Shown: positions 12,926 through 27,060, counted from the first letter of the stretch. The stretch: 64,000 nt of DNA from Octopus bimaculoides (GCF_001194135.2 NC_068983.1:163145509-163209508), one strand, 5' to 3'. Notes: a model not told the origin generated them from the letters alone. Made by a program: numbers and translations.

Positions 12926-13136
12926 ATTTGGAGCAAAGTATTCCTTTATAATCTTGTCGTCTGTGATTCTATCTAGCATCAGTTCATATAGTATCACTGC
13001 TGTTTTGCTTTTGGCGGAGGTCGACGCACCTTCAGAGCTTTCCTTTTTTACAAGCGGCGTCAGGTGTAACTAGCTTGGGGGTCTCCAGTTCTTCTGTTCT
13101 ACTGAAGCCGAGATGATTAAAATATGGTGGCACTGT
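12926..13136 (-). pseudogene. Exon-like segment TVPPYFNHLGFSRTEELETPKLVTPDAACKK / ESSEGASTSAKSKTAVILYELMLDRITDDKIIKEYFAPN with +1 frameshift in an A6 run
   Basis: Minus acceptor ttctttccctatttcaaatAG and donor AAT|GTAAAC; length 211 = 210+1; both frames open up to the homopolymer. Confidence 0.45.
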
Positions 13137-13559
13137 CTATTTGAAATAGGGAAAGAATTTTCTTGAGACGTGCTCAATAATCAATATTTTCCCACATTTG
13201 ATGTGTAGAACAGATTTTTTTTTAAAGTAAGTGTTGTTACTTTCAAGCCAATACTAGATTGCTCTAAGTTTGGGAATCTACTCCAAAAATAGCCATTGAG
13301 ATATAATAAATATCAAATTAAAAATGCTGCTGTTCTTGCGAAATCCAGTTCACGACTGTTTCCAAAGGATCCTACAACATTGTTTAACCGTTCTTCATGC
13401 AACAGAGGAATGTCTAAGGAATTTTCCGATCTGAAGAATTGTTACAGTGACATGTATTTGGGTAAACACAAATACTTTTATATATGTTATCTAAGACGTG
13501 CCTGAATTAGATGTCTTCGATATTTCTCGAATTATCAATGCTTAATAACATTAATTTCA

Positions 13560-14145
13560 AATTTTGGAAGAAGGACTAAATTGATTACATCGATCCCACT
13601 GCTCAACTGGAACCTATTTTATCGACCCCGAAAGGATGAAAAACAAAGTCAATTTCGGTGGAATCTGAACTGAGAATTTAAAGACGGACGAAATACCTAT
13701 TTCTTTACTGCCCACAAGGGGCTACACACAGAGGGGACAAACAAGGACAGACAAACGGATTAAGTCGATTATATCGACCCCAGTGCGTAACTGGTACTTA
13801 ATTTATCGACCCCGAAAGGATGAAAGGCAAAGTCGACCTCGGCGGAATTTGAACTCAGAACGCAGTGGCAGACGAAATACCGCTAAGCATTTTGTCCGGC
13901 TTGCTAACGATTCTGACAGCTCGCCGCCTTATCAAAGTAAATATTAATATTGATTTCATATACTGGCACAAGGCCAGAAAATTCGGGGGAGGAGTAAGTC
14001 GATTAAATCGACCCCAGTACATGACTGGTACTTATTATTCGACCCCGAAAGATGAAAGGCAAATTCGACTCAGAACGTAAAACCGGATGAAATGTAGCTA
14101 CGCATTTTGTTCGACTTGCCAACGTTTCTACCAGATCGTCACCTT
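13560..14145 (-). mobile_element. Tandem stack of 3-4 SINE family A copies
   Basis: Repeated atcgaccccgaaaggatgaaaggcaaagtcgacctcggcggaatttgaactcagaac blocks. Confidence 0.85.
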
Positions 14146-14214
14146 ACATCTTCGAAATAATGATAACAGCATAAAATCATTGTGGCGAAGAAACAAATCC
14201 GACCTCTTTTAAAA

Positions 14215-15060
14215 GAAGGAATATTCCAAAGAGTCTGTTTCTCCCTGTCGTTCTTCACTGCTATTCTGTTTGGCATTAACACCTTTCATTCTTATATATC
14301 AACCAAGTTCTAAGCTGCAAATGGTAAAGAGTAAGAAACAGCTATAGAGATTACAAGAATTTAGTCTCAGGAATACTTTGAGAGGTAGGGATTACAACAA
14401 TGTACTTGAAGAAAAAGAAATTAATAAAAAAATACCTGTGTCATGTTAGGCGAAGACGTGGAGAAGAAATTTAGACCAAACTCAGATTTACAGATATTTA
14501 GAAATGAATGAAATAGACAATGTAAAAACATCTGTAAATGAAAGAAAAATGCATGGAAGGAATAGTCGAGAAGATTTAGATGAATACTCAAAACCAAGTT
14601 AAACGGGAAAATAAAATAAAATAAAATGTTATAAGCATTAATGATCTGGCTGTCTCTGTAAAAAATTATAGTTATCATATTCTAAACTGATATAAAATAG
14701 TAAGACGAGACAAGAAAAAAAAAAGAAGATAAACACGTCATTTAGAATGCACTCGCCAAAATATGACAGAAATATTATATTCAGCATAAATATAGAGAAA
14801 TAGATGCCTTCTGTATCTAGGAAACTATTTCCAAAATATTCACTATGGCATTAGAAAATGGGAACAAATAGAAATAGCTGCCATACAATAATAGATAACT
14901 TATACAAATAACGGTTATAAAAAGGAGGAAGAAAATCTACTGGGTCCAAGGAAGGCAACAAATAACGAGACCAAAGTAAAGAATTATAAGAAAAAGCTAA
15001 TTGTGGAAATAATAAGTATTTCACGAATGGCTGTGAAGTGGAGCACACCCTGAGATCGCG
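14215..15060 (+). mobile_element. Highly decayed LINE reverse-transcriptase fragments
   Basis: GIFQRVCFSLSFF resembles GIFQGDSLSPLLF; a second fragment near 14810 resembles SPKLFTLALE. Confidence 0.35.
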
Positions 15061-16664
15061 GAACCATAGCCTTTGTACTGGAAATCAGAAAAATCATATA
15101 AGGAGAAAACAATAAGAAACTGTAACAGTTGAAAGTAGGATTAGTATAAAGTCTCCTTGAATATTATAAAGTCTCCCTGAAGGTTAAATAAGAGAGTAAA
15201 TGTATACATTTTATTCTATATGGAAAGATGGCGTTCCCCGTTTCCTTTTCTAATAAGTAGTATAAATCCGCTGCTTACAAACCAACTGAGCTATGCAAGT
15301 GATTAACTACAATGTCTGCTTGATTCTCAGTATCAGCGAAGACAGATCGAATATATATAAAGAGGGAGCCACAACTCGCTGGAAGTTTTATATTCTTTGG
15401 GAATTTTGCTTCCTGTTCAACAGTTCACTTAAAAAATACGAAAATATGCATTTAAGTGAAATAGAAAAAAATAATCCAATTACATTATAAATTCTAGAAA
15501 TAAAACTAACCAATATGTAACAGTTGCAGACAGAAACAATCCTTGTAATGATTTTAAAATAAGAGCTAAAATGATTGATAAAGGAAGTCATGAAGACCAG
15601 TGATTTTCTAAAGGATTCCGTTGGGCAGGAAAAATAATTCAGATATCTTAATTAATTAGAATTAAACATGGAATGGACCATAAATCTGATCTTAAAGTGT
15701 GCAGAGACAAGTTTCCGTCATATTTAACCTGGTCAACGAGTTACAGTTATGTCATAAAGACATATGTAAGGATTTTGTGAAATAACTGAAGTGAGATTAA
15801 AGCTGCAAAGAATGACTATGCAGAAAGATACCACATTGCACCCCCACAAGGCATTCAGAAATGCACTTTCTGCACAGTAAAATCTAGTGAATAATTATAT
15901 TCGATTTCAAAACGCACAAATGAAAGAAAAGGTTAGAAACGTTTTTTACCTGCATAAAATAAAGATATACATCTGAAATAATAAGATAATAATTACGAAT
16001 ATTGTTGCTCCTTTTGTTAAAAGGTATTTATTTACTGAAAGAAAATAACCAAATTTAACAGAAATAAGAAGCTAATCGCTCTCTACATGCTGAAGAAACT
16101 AATACTGATTGAATTTCTTACTCTGAATGAAGGGAGATAAAAATCTAGTGACTAATTTAAAATTATCATTATAGAACTGTTAGAGAACTATTTTAGAAAT
16201 CTGCTGTAATTAGGAATAAAAGTAAAGTTTAAAGAAGTACAAAAAGAAAAACAAAAACTGATGCAAATATTGACAAAACATGAGGAATGTAAAAAAATAT
16301 TTTCTTCCCAGAGAAACTAAAACACAAAAACAACGTCTGAGATGAAAGAAAAAAGACAGTGAAAAATCAAATACAAAACACGAAACATAAAAAAAAAACA
16401 ATTAAAAACTCGACAGAAAGCAAATTTACAAAATGTCATGACATGACATTCACAAAAAAGAAAACAAAAAGAACAAAACAAAACAAGACAAAATAAAAGC
16501 AAAAATAAAAGGAAAAGAATGAAATTTCTCTGTGAAAAGAATCCCATCAGGAGAGCAGCTGAGAACTGGAAAGCGCTGATCCAGACGAAACTTTTTCCAT
16601 ATGAACCACACACAAATACACACGCGTGTATGTGTGTGTCCGTGTGTATATGTATATATATATT

Positions 16665-16665
<1 letters not shown>

Positions 16666-16711
<46 letters not shown>

Positions 16712-16712
16712 G

Positions 16713-16781
<69 letters not shown>

Positions 16782-16862
16782 ATGTCTGTCTGTATGTCTG
16801 TCTTTTTTTCTTCTGTCTATCTATCTATCTGTCTATCTATTTGTGTGTGTGTGTGTGTGTAT
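16666..16862. repeat. (TATC)n/(TGTC)n/(TG)n compound microsatellite
   Basis: Directly visible. Confidence 0.95.
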
Positions 16863-17382
16863 GGATTGCTAAAGTAGCTGAAAAAGAATGTGAATATTGT
16901 GACGAAAACAAACAATCACAGTTTCTGGTCGCTCAGTTTATTTTTATATGTTTCATACAATAGAGATTATGTAACCGGTATGGAATATGCACTAAAAGAA
17001 ACGTAACGAACGCACTTAGAAGGAAGCAGAAAATATATGAACAGCGAACTTACAATACCTGAAGATATACAGATAGACAGGCACACATAAACACGCTTTC
17101 TCACACAGACGCACAAATTCGCAGAGTGATTCGAGGCAAATCACCCAGACATTATTCTCAATGATTTTCGGAAAAATGTCTCTTAATTGACGCATAAATT
17201 CCATCGAACGACGTTATTTACATGAATGAAAAGAAGAAATTGTCTAAAAATATAATTCTAGAAATAGCGATATTTCTAGATTGTGTAAATTGAAAGCAGA
17301 AACGTTCCCCATAATAAGAATGCTTCCGGGAAAAAGATGCGAGCAAATTTACCATCAAAACCATACACTTTACACACACGCG

Positions 17383-17420
<38 letters not shown>

Positions 17421-17569
17421 ACACACACACAAACACAAATGCACATACATATATGTATGCATTCATATACATAAGTATGTAGACATAGATACACATACAG
17501 AGAAAAATATTACAAGCGATCACTGTATATATTTTATGTACGTTAGTCTCACAAAATCTTTTTCTACTC

Positions 17570-19530
17570 TAGGTACAAGGCCCAAAATATTTGGGGGAGG
17601 CGGCCACTCGATTAGATCGACCCCAGTACGCAACTGCTACTTAATTTATCGACTCCGAAAGGATGAAAGACAAAGTTGACCTCGGTGGAATTTGAACTCA
17701 GAACGTAAAGACAGACGAAATGCCGCTAAGCATTTCGCCCGGCGTGCTAGCATTTTTGTCATCTCGTAGTCTGACAAAAATGAGAACATTCAGAAACGTT
17801 GCATCACCTTATGGTTAAGACGTTCCCGGGGTTTCGGGTTCAACTCTAATTCAATTTAACTTGAGCAAGGATCTTGAACCGTAGCCTCCGATTAATCAAT
17901 TGAAATTGGTTCATCAATAGACAGTGAAGTATTGTAGACGGATAGTGCGGAAATTTACTGTGCTTGCACACACACACACAGATGTAGGGACGCACGCACA
18001 CACACATAGACACAGAAACGCGCGTGTGTTTTTTTCTTTCATTTGCTTGTGTTTGTGTTCACTGCTATTGTGCTCCTTTAAGAGAAAGTTTACTTAGCTC
18101 TTCGAGAGATGGAGAATAATAGATAAATGCCAGGTGAACACACTGAGGCGGATATAACCTTTACAGTGTCGGAGTGCAGCATGGCTGTATTTCATGGAAT
18201 GAATCAGTAAAAGAATATTGGTTTCGAATATTTGGCACAAGGCGAACAATTTTGGGAGAAGAGATCTAATCAATTGCATCGACTCCGGTGCTAAGACGGT
18301 ACTTATTTTATCGACCCCGAAAGAAATGGAAGCCAAAGTTGATCTCGGCGGAATTCGAACTCAGAACTTAAAGACGGTCGAAAAGCCGCCAAACATTTTT
18401 CCCAGTGGGCTAACAGTAAACGAATATTGAAAATTACAATGTTGCACCAGCTTAAACAGTAAAAAAAAGTCGCTTTTACACTGGAAGGATGATAAGAATA
18501 ATTGTTTTAAATGCTGATACAAGGACGGCAATTTTAGATGGAGGAAATTAGACGAATATATAGACGACATTGCTTGACTGGGTTTTTATTTTATCGATCT
18601 CCTGAATGAATGAAAAGCAAAGCTTATCTCGGTGGGATTTGAACTCTGACTGTAAAGTACAGGTAGCAATACTGTTGAATATTTTGTCTGACACGTAAAA
18701 AATACTGCCATTTCACTGCCTTAACCTATTAGATGCTAAATTGTTTTATTCATATTTTTTTTTGGCTTTGCCAGATGTCTTGGAAGTTAAAATGATATAT
18801 ATTTAAAATTTTCTTCATATGTGAATTATTTTGGAAATTATGATAAATTTCTCTAAAAGTCTCAAATGAGGATCGCTGAAAAAAAGTATATTTATCCTTT
18901 TCTATTCAACTGCAATATTAAACATTTTAGTTGTTTTTTTTTTAAACTCTAGTATCAAATGCGAATGTGATATGAAATATCAATGAATGATACAGATGGG
19001 AAGTGGAACAAAACAAAAACAAAACCTTTTCAAATCAGTCAATATTTTTGTAGTTCAAAAACTGCGATTTATGACATAAAATGTTGTCTTGAATTAGCCA
19101 GAGCTAATAATGACAAACTTTAACCACCAAATATTATTAAACACACCTCTGCAAATGCAATGTACGTAAGCAATTCACCTTAAATGCAACGAACAACTGG
19201 CAGTGAGACTGTTTTTAGCAGATCCCCAAATATGGTTCATGGCAGGTTAATAAGAATTCTTCAAAATCTGGCACAAATCCGGCAATGATTCTCACTACTT
19301 CGATGATAATAATATTCGTTTCATAATTTGGCACAAAACCAGTAGTTTCGGGAAGGGGGCCTAGCTGATTAGATAGATCCCAGTATTCAACTGGTACTTA
19401 TGTTATCGACCTTCAAAGGATGAAAGGCAAAGTCGTTCTCCGCGGAATTTGAACTCGGAACGTAAAGACGGACGAAATACCACGAAGCATTTTGTGCGTC
19501 ACGCTAACGATTCTGCCAGCTTGTCGCTTC
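17570..19530 (-). mobile_element. Four dispersed SINE family A copies (about 17570, 18230, 18570, 19325)
   Basis: Shared consensus blocks. Confidence 0.75.
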
Positions 19531-22200
19531 TTTTGGCAATAATAACGATGCTAATATCAGACATACATCACCTGTAGGATATCTACAAGCAGTATACATT
19601 TACAAACAGGTATAAAATCAGATGGATAACCAAGATATTTTGCAGGTTTATAGACAACCACTGCGACGAGTTGTATGTGTTTGTCCAGTACTAACATTTT
19701 GTATGTGGCAAAGTAAGATATATTACCCCAGTTATGTTGATAAGTTTATTTTCAAGAAACTATTTCTGTGTAGAAAGAAAACATTTAACACCCCCAGGTC
19801 TTCCTTTATTGATTTTAAACCTTTCTTCTCTCGTCTTTAAATCATTCATATGTTTTCTCAGAAAACATAATTTAATATTTATTTTAGATCACCTTCACAA
19901 TATATGGTTCTTTCTTCGAATAATGTTATTTAAATAGAGCTGGTTCTAACGTAAGAAAAGATACTAAGAAACTAATATACATTTTTATATAATAAAAAAA
20001 AACTAAGGTTATTGTCAGTAACTCATTTTAAAATCTACTTTGAAGACAATACATTCCTCCTCCACACCACCGACATTTTGCACAAATTTATGTATGTAGT
20101 CACGTGGTTATATAACGCTTTTTTTTTTAATAAAAAAAGATGCTGAAATATTACATAAAAGTAAGTCTTCAGATTTATAAAAGATAAGAAATAATATGTG
20201 ACATTCGCACATTTTCCAAGCATAATTAACAGGGGATCGAATTTGTCAATCGATTTCTGTTTGCATTTTTGGATAGATCCGAAATCATGTTTGGTCAGTT
20301 GTTGAATATTTCAAATATTAAAATTAATGTTGAATTAAGAGAGGCACAGTCTGATATAATGATGAGTTTATATGAATAAGAACAGACATTCCAACTTCTT
20401 ACCACTTTTATTCCTTATGTGTGTTGTTTTGTATTTAATATTTATAAAACATCCACAAGGAAAATGCGTATCGCTATCATTGTTTACGTTGCTCTTTTCC
20501 AATATCAAGAAACAAAGAAAAGAACAAACGAAACAGTGAAACGTATTTCAGGGCCTTCTTAAGATCAAAACTTTAGGCTCTCCATGGGCTTTAGGTTACT
20601 GAGCATCCACCTAGCTTACCTCCCTTATATCCATGTGATACACATGAGCATCACGCCATCACATTCACTTCTGATCTAAAACATAACTTATTTAAATCAA
20701 ACGACAATTTCGTTTTTGTTTTTTTTTTCAGAAAACTGATGTTGACTCATTTGTTCCCATTTAAGGTCCCTCTGATAATTAAATAACATTAACTATTTAA
20801 AAACAAATTTCACTTTCTCGATTCCTTTTGCTGATTCTGTAGTGATGGCAGATTCCCCTGAAGGCGTAGCACATGTAAAATCTAGTTTTAAGAGAGCAGT
20901 TGGAGATTTGGTTGGCGTAATCTGTCCATAGAAAATAGTTCATTAATGTCAGATACTATAAAATATGGTCTCCGTTTTACATTGTACTTTTGTTTCATTG
21001 ATAAAGCAACTATGATAAAAATGATGTATTTTTTGATGAGATAATACTAGAAGTGAAACTATGACAACCAACACCGCAATGATTCGGGTAGAAATATAAA
21101 ATATTGACTATAATAAGGTAGCTATATTTTATGGGAAAACTATCAAATATTGACACCGAGCCATTGTTTATGAACCTAAACAACGTAGTTATTTCTCATA
21201 TGTGATAGAATCTCTATAGCGAACAGCCATAGTAATGTTGGTTTTTGAATTGTTGTTTGGTTTATTTCCTGATATGCACGATTGAAGATTTCACAAAAGA
21301 AAAAGAAAAAGGTAGTTTCATATAAACGGAGAAAATAAATCAACAACAAAATATATCTAAAACTATCGATTTTGTGAGGGAAGGCGAAAAATCATTGATG
21401 GAATCATGTGTAGGAGGAATGTTGTATGGTTGTAGTTAGCTAATTTGACCTTTGTCTTTCGTTAATGTTCATGACCATGTTAATCAATATTGTTTTGTCT
21501 GAATTAGACTGGTGGCTTTCATCTTCATATTTTCATTGACTACAACTAAAGCCACTTGTTTTTAAAGGCGCATTACTAATTAACTGCTTTCCAAAAAGTA
21601 AAATAAGAAAATTAATTATGTAGATTTAACAAGCTACTTTTCGATGCCCACGATCAGTTTTACTTTATCATTAACCTTAATTCATTAATCCCTTAACGCT
21701 ACCAAACATTAATACAACTTTAGGTCAGCAAATATAATAAAGATTTCTCATATTTCTGCAAAGACACAATTTGTATGGGTGAGATATAAATCTATTAACT
21801 CGACTGCAAAACATGCAGGACAGATATTTTATCGATTCGGGAAGGACAAGAGACACATTGAAGCTAAACCTCAGAATATATAGGAGTGTAAATCATATAT
21901 TCTGGCATCTTCCTTTCCATATATAATTACATGTTTGTAAAGGAATGCCCCTTTCGTTATAGTAAACTGCTAAACGCACACACCGAAACAAGTTCTACTG
22001 TCTTCGAAATGAGGATTACATGCTTTAATTCTTAAATCTTAGAACAACATGATACTGAATAAAAGTGAGACAATACTGTAAAAACTGAGAGACTGCTTTT
22101 ATCCATAAGATATCTTTGTAATCTAGGTTTGCTTAAACCAAATAGATTTGCATTGTTGAACAACACTTACAATAATATCCACCCAATTATTTGGTCTCAC

Positions 22201-22543
22201 CTTTCAATGGCTTCTGACTTTATTAAATATAGGAGAAAGAACACCAAATCTCTAGCCAGGTCTCCAATATGGTCAGAGTAGTCATATACGATATGGAGAG
22301 AGGTATTCCGTAGGAAACAATAACAAAGAATAACTAATAGGCGCTCCAATGGGATTTTATTGAGTTTCAAAATATTTATTCAAGAATCTCCATGCAAATG
22401 TATCCGGTAATAGTGAATCTTCCAAATGCCAAGCTTCTCGAAGATATTTCACCCACTCTGGTGTTCTTTGTATTTACTGCAGTCATATTGGTTGCTGCTC
22501 AGTGCACCATCTATACCGAAGGGGACGGCCAAGTTTGCGGTGC
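22201..22543 (-). pseudogene. Decayed exon (…IQRTPEWVKYLREAWHLEDSLLPDTFAWRFLNKYFETQ*NPIGAPISYSLLLFPTEYLS/HIVYDYSDHIGDLARDLVFFLLYLIKSEAIER); weak Mab-21/cGLR-like resemblance
   Basis: Strong donor AAG|GTGAGA, acceptor gtaatttAG; one main frame with 3 stops and one +1 frameshift; family resemblance is by eye only. Confidence 0.45.
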
Positions 22544-23530
22544 CTAAATTACCCTAAACTCTAACATTTGAACACCAGCTCAGATTTGCTGTAAAGGCCA
22601 GCGTTATTTTTTGAAACTAATTTCCGAAAAACATTTTATCTGCCGGTTGATCATGAATTCCTTAAAGGTAAATCACACGATTGCTAGGCTTATGTACTAA
22701 AAGTGAGGTCCCTTAATACACCTGGGAATGCAGAAAAAATCCAATGCATGTTATAGTTTGAGAATCAAATCCCTACGCATTTCTACATTTGCAAATTCAA
22801 GTCACATGACATAAAATCTTTTTATAATATGCTGAATTTGCTATACAAGGTATGTGCATGTATATATGTATATATATATATATATATATATNNNNNNNNN
22901 NNNNNNNNNNNNNNNNNNNNNNNNNNNNNNNNNNNNNNNNNNNNNNNNNNNNNNNNNNNNNNNNNNNNNNNNNNNNNNNNNNNNNNNNNNNNNNNNNNNN
23001 NNNNNNNNNNNNNNNNNNNNNNNNNNNNNNNNNNNNNNNNTATATATGAATGTGTGTGTATGTATGCATGTATGTGTGTATGTATGTGCGTGTATTATGC
23101 ATGAAATAACGAATGAGAAAAGCATAGGGATTACGTAATCCCCATTCATAAGCTTAGACTTGTTTTATTAGTAGGAGTGCACCCAGAGCTTATGCTTTTC
23201 TTGGAGTCAGTAAATAATCTCATGGCAACTGAACTAATGTGGGAATGTTGGAGATTGCTAATATGGCTGAAGGGATGGCTTTGTGGCACCATCTAAATTT
23301 GGTTCGTGAGCAAGTTATAATAATACTCCTACCAGATGTTTGCCCTGTGTCATGGTTTCTAGCCCAGTGTGACAGCATGGTGTCAACCCCACTGATTAGG
23401 TCCTTATTTTTAGTACTTTAATGAAAAACATTTCAGTCTGCAAGACAAATGAGATGCGCTTATTATTTCTTTGACTTATAAGGATCACATCACTAAGAAG
23501 CTGTGGTAAGGAAATATCATGAGAACATAG

Positions 23531-23534
23531 AGAG

Positions 23535-23611
<77 letters not shown>

Positions 23612-23652
23612 AATACACTTTATTAACGATGCATTATCTCTACAAGGCTCCA

Positions 23653-23706
<54 letters not shown>

Positions 23707-23833
23707 CACTTATCTCTCTCTCTGTCTCTCTATCAATCTATCTCTATCTATCTCTGTCTGTCTGTTTGTCTGTCTGTCGTCTCTGTCTATATATCTATCT
23801 CTCTATCTGTCTGTCTGTCTGTCTGTCTGTCTT

Positions 23834-23869
<36 letters not shown>

Positions 23870-23940
23870 TCTATCTATATATATATATATATATATATAT
23901 ACCTACATGTGTGTGCGTGTGTGTGCGTGCGCGCGCGCGA
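23531..23940. repeat. (GA)n, (TATC)n, (TGTC)n and (TA)n compound tracts
   Basis: Directly visible. Confidence 0.95.
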
Positions 23941-24471
23941 TATATATAGTTCTAATAATGAAACCAAACCAACTAGCTCTCATATCTCCTCTCACCATTC
24001 CCTATCTTAACACTCCTCATAACCCCACCGACCCTCCTACTTCCTCCTTTTAATATGGCTAGCTCTCCACAATTAATGATTCCATCTTTGGACTTTTCTG
24101 CATTTCGGTCTGAAATGTAACATCTTTTCTACGCGGATGACGGAGGCTCGACTTACTGATGTTGATTGCCTCCATTACAGCCGCATATTATGATGAACTA
24201 GACCTACCAACATTATGTTCGTTCTCAGAGCACCCAGAAACAGCTGTTAGACTTACAACACCTCTCTTTCCAACACTTTCATTTTCTCTCTCATTTGTAC
24301 TCTGTGAAAGTTGTATCTATTTATACAAATATCTATATATTCTTAAAATTTCCTTGTCTAAACGTGTCCGCTTTTTGCTTTTTCTCGTTTTGCATGTATA
24401 CATATATACATATTTTGTATTCATACCCAGACTGCTGTATGTAATGTATCTAATCTATTTATCCGCATAAT

Positions 24472-24693
24472 TGTATGTATGTATGTATGTATGTATGTAT
24501 GTATGTATGTATGTATGTATGTATGTACGCACGTATGTATGTATGTATGTATGTATGTATGTATGTATGTATGTATGCATGTATGTATGCATGTATGTAT
24601 GTACATATGTACGTATGTACGTATGTATGTATGTATGTATGTATGTACGTATGTACGTATGTATGTATGTATGTATGTATGTATGTATGTATG
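24472..24693. repeat. (TATG)n microsatellite
   Basis: Directly visible. Confidence 0.97.
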
Positions 24694-25643
24694 TGCATCT
24701 GTATACATGTATACTGTATATTGTGAGATGAAATCCTTCTGAGTTCAACTTGTTCTCACTGTTCCTGGTCAATAAAATCCGTGTTGCTGGCAACATACTC
24801 TGGCATCATGTAATCGATTCAATCTCCTTCTCGATAAACACTGACCTCGTATCGAATAACAAAAATCAAATTAATTAGAATACAAAAGCTTTGAATTATT
24901 AATGCCAAATGATGACATATTTACATCCGGTGTGTATGTTTACGCCAATTGGATGAATAGACAACAACAGAAATGATAAGTTATAAACAATCAATAGATA
25001 CTTCTATTATTAACTAATTATAAGGGTGAGAGATATTAGCAGACTGTCTACTATATTTCTGTATTAAAGCTTAATTTAATCATAACCTTTTAAGTTATTA
25101 TTTCATTTTCTTCTGAGATAATCTTTACGTTTCATTCTTCTGGGGATGGGAGTGGTATTAATTACTTAAAATGCGTGTTAGTGAAATCGATTTAATCAAA
25201 TATACAAGATCTAACGAACTGTGTTGCTTCTTGCTTCATTACGAATCATTATTAACCAATTAGAAAAAGAGTGAATTAGAATTCCAACTGAAACGATGTC
25301 ACGAATTTAAATCTTCTGTAAAGAAGTAGGATTGATAAACTATCTCCTCATTAGCGAAGTTTCTGTCATTCTATTTAATTTAATGTCATACACATTAGCG
25401 CAGTTAAATTGTAGAAATGATAGTTAATGCATACAAATTAATCCGGGATGTATACATACGTAAAATAACATCTCAATTGCAAAATATGTGGAAGGAAACA
25501 TTTTGACCAAGAATATATTTCCATTAACCGAAGAAATTTACAGAAGTGTCTCTGTCATTCAAGTTTCAAACTGTCATCGTTTAGGATGGACGTTGTGAAG
25601 AATGTAGGTATAAAATAAATCTATGTTAATATATATCTTAGAC

Positions 25644-26080
25644 AAGGCGGCGAGCTGGCAGAAACGTTAGCACACCGGGTGGAATGCTTAGCGGTATTTC
25701 ATCTGTCTTTGCGTTCTGAGTTCAAATTCCGCCGAGGTCGACTTTGCCTTTCATCCTTTCAGGGTCGATGAACTAAGTACCAGTTGCTTACTGGGTCGAT
25801 TTAATCGACTGGCCCTCCTCTCCCAAAATTTCCGGCCTTATTCCTTGAATAGAAAAGAATATATATAAGAGACAAAGTGGCGAGCTGGCAGAATTGTTAG
25901 CACGACGAGCAAAATTAGCGGCATTTCGTCCGTCTTTACGTTCTGAGTTCAAATTCTGCCGACGTCGATTTTGCCTTTCATCATTTCGGAGTCGATAAAA
26001 TAAACATCAGTGGAAGACTGGGGTTGATGTAATCGATTTGCTTCTTCCACTGAAATTGCTGGCTTTGTGCCAAAATTTGA
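25644..26080 (+). mobile_element. Two tandem SINE family A copies
   Basis: ggcggcgagctggcagaa heads at about 25646 and 25878. Confidence 0.85.
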
Positions 26081-26554
26081 AACTAAGATAAGACTTACGT
26101 GTAAATTCATATGAATACAGAGAACAGCTGAAATTGATTTCAGCTGCACTCTATCCAAAATAAACAGAACAACATTACTATGTCCAACACTTAATACTTG
26201 TCATAATCTTCCTTAACAAAATGCAGGAAATAATATCCATACACACGGAAAGTTTCTTTCGATTAAATGCAAAACGAATTATATCTGATAAAACAGAATA
26301 TAAGGTAGTAAAGGAGAGATTAGAATATTGATAATAATTTATTGATCATAAATTTGACAAAATATTAAATTAATAACTTATGCCGGTATTCAAGTCTATA
26401 TGTTATACTGAAACGATGGTTTAATGTCTGGAAGCATGGAAGAAGTTTTAATAACAATTACATAGCTGTAATATAAATTGTAGTAGTTCAGGATATACAG
26501 ACACATGACCGGAGTATCTATTATTATATTTAGTATCATGAATGACTGACTATA

Positions 26555-26805
26555 CAGGGAAGGGGTGCAAACGTAGGTATACAGTTATGAAAACAAGAAA
26601 ACACGTACAATACTCATTTATTCTAATTAAAAAAAAAATTGGAAGTTACAATAAAAGTATTATCTTTGTTATGATAAATGTATTATTATGATTAATGACA
26701 TTGAAAATATCAACAATACCGCTAGCTAATTTAATGTGTTAATAATTCTAATGACTTAAGTATTATAACATTGATGCGATACTTACTGGATACCAACTTT
26801 TGCAC

Positions 26806-26808
<3 letters not shown>
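26555..26808. mobile_element. Tc1/mariner-like MITE
   Basis: TA|CAGG..GGTGCAAACGTAGGTATACAG and CTGGATACCAACTTTTGCACCTG|TA are imperfect inverted termini with TA flanks. Confidence 0.55.
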
Positions 26809-26888
<80 letters not shown>

Positions 26889-26889
26889 A

Positions 26890-27060
26890 CCGTTGACTGA
26901 ACACTATTCAATTTTTTTTCTCCGTGTTTTTCTCCTTGTCTCCGTATTCTTTCTGTTGAAGAGCGTAGCTCGAAACGTCAAAGACTTTCCGTATTCCCGA
27001 GCGTCATACTAATATATACTTTTGTTATTTACACCACCTGTCCTCGTCTGTTGTTATTAT
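26890..27060 (+). mobile_element. Penelope-type terminal repeat, copy 1
   Basis: Contains the ttgaagagcgtagctcgaaacgt motif typical of Penelope-like termini; direct repeat of copy 2. Confidence 0.55.
26948..26984 (+). ncRNA. Minimal type I hammerhead-ribozyme-like motif (variant core)
   Basis: TCTTT-CTGTTGA-A-GAGC(GTA)GCTC-GAAA-CGT-C-AAAGA: stem I, stem II hairpin and palindromic ACGT stem III; the core reads CUGUUGA instead of CUGANGA. Confidence 0.45.

Noticed and set aside
13040-13052. A6 run as a -1 programmed frameshift site
   Set aside because: Restoring the downstream frame needs +1 (or -2), not -1.
20617-20672. Minus-strand segment with good acceptor and GTAAGC donor
   Set aside because: Stops in all three frames; shows that chance or noncoding splice-site pairs occur here, so it was not called coding.
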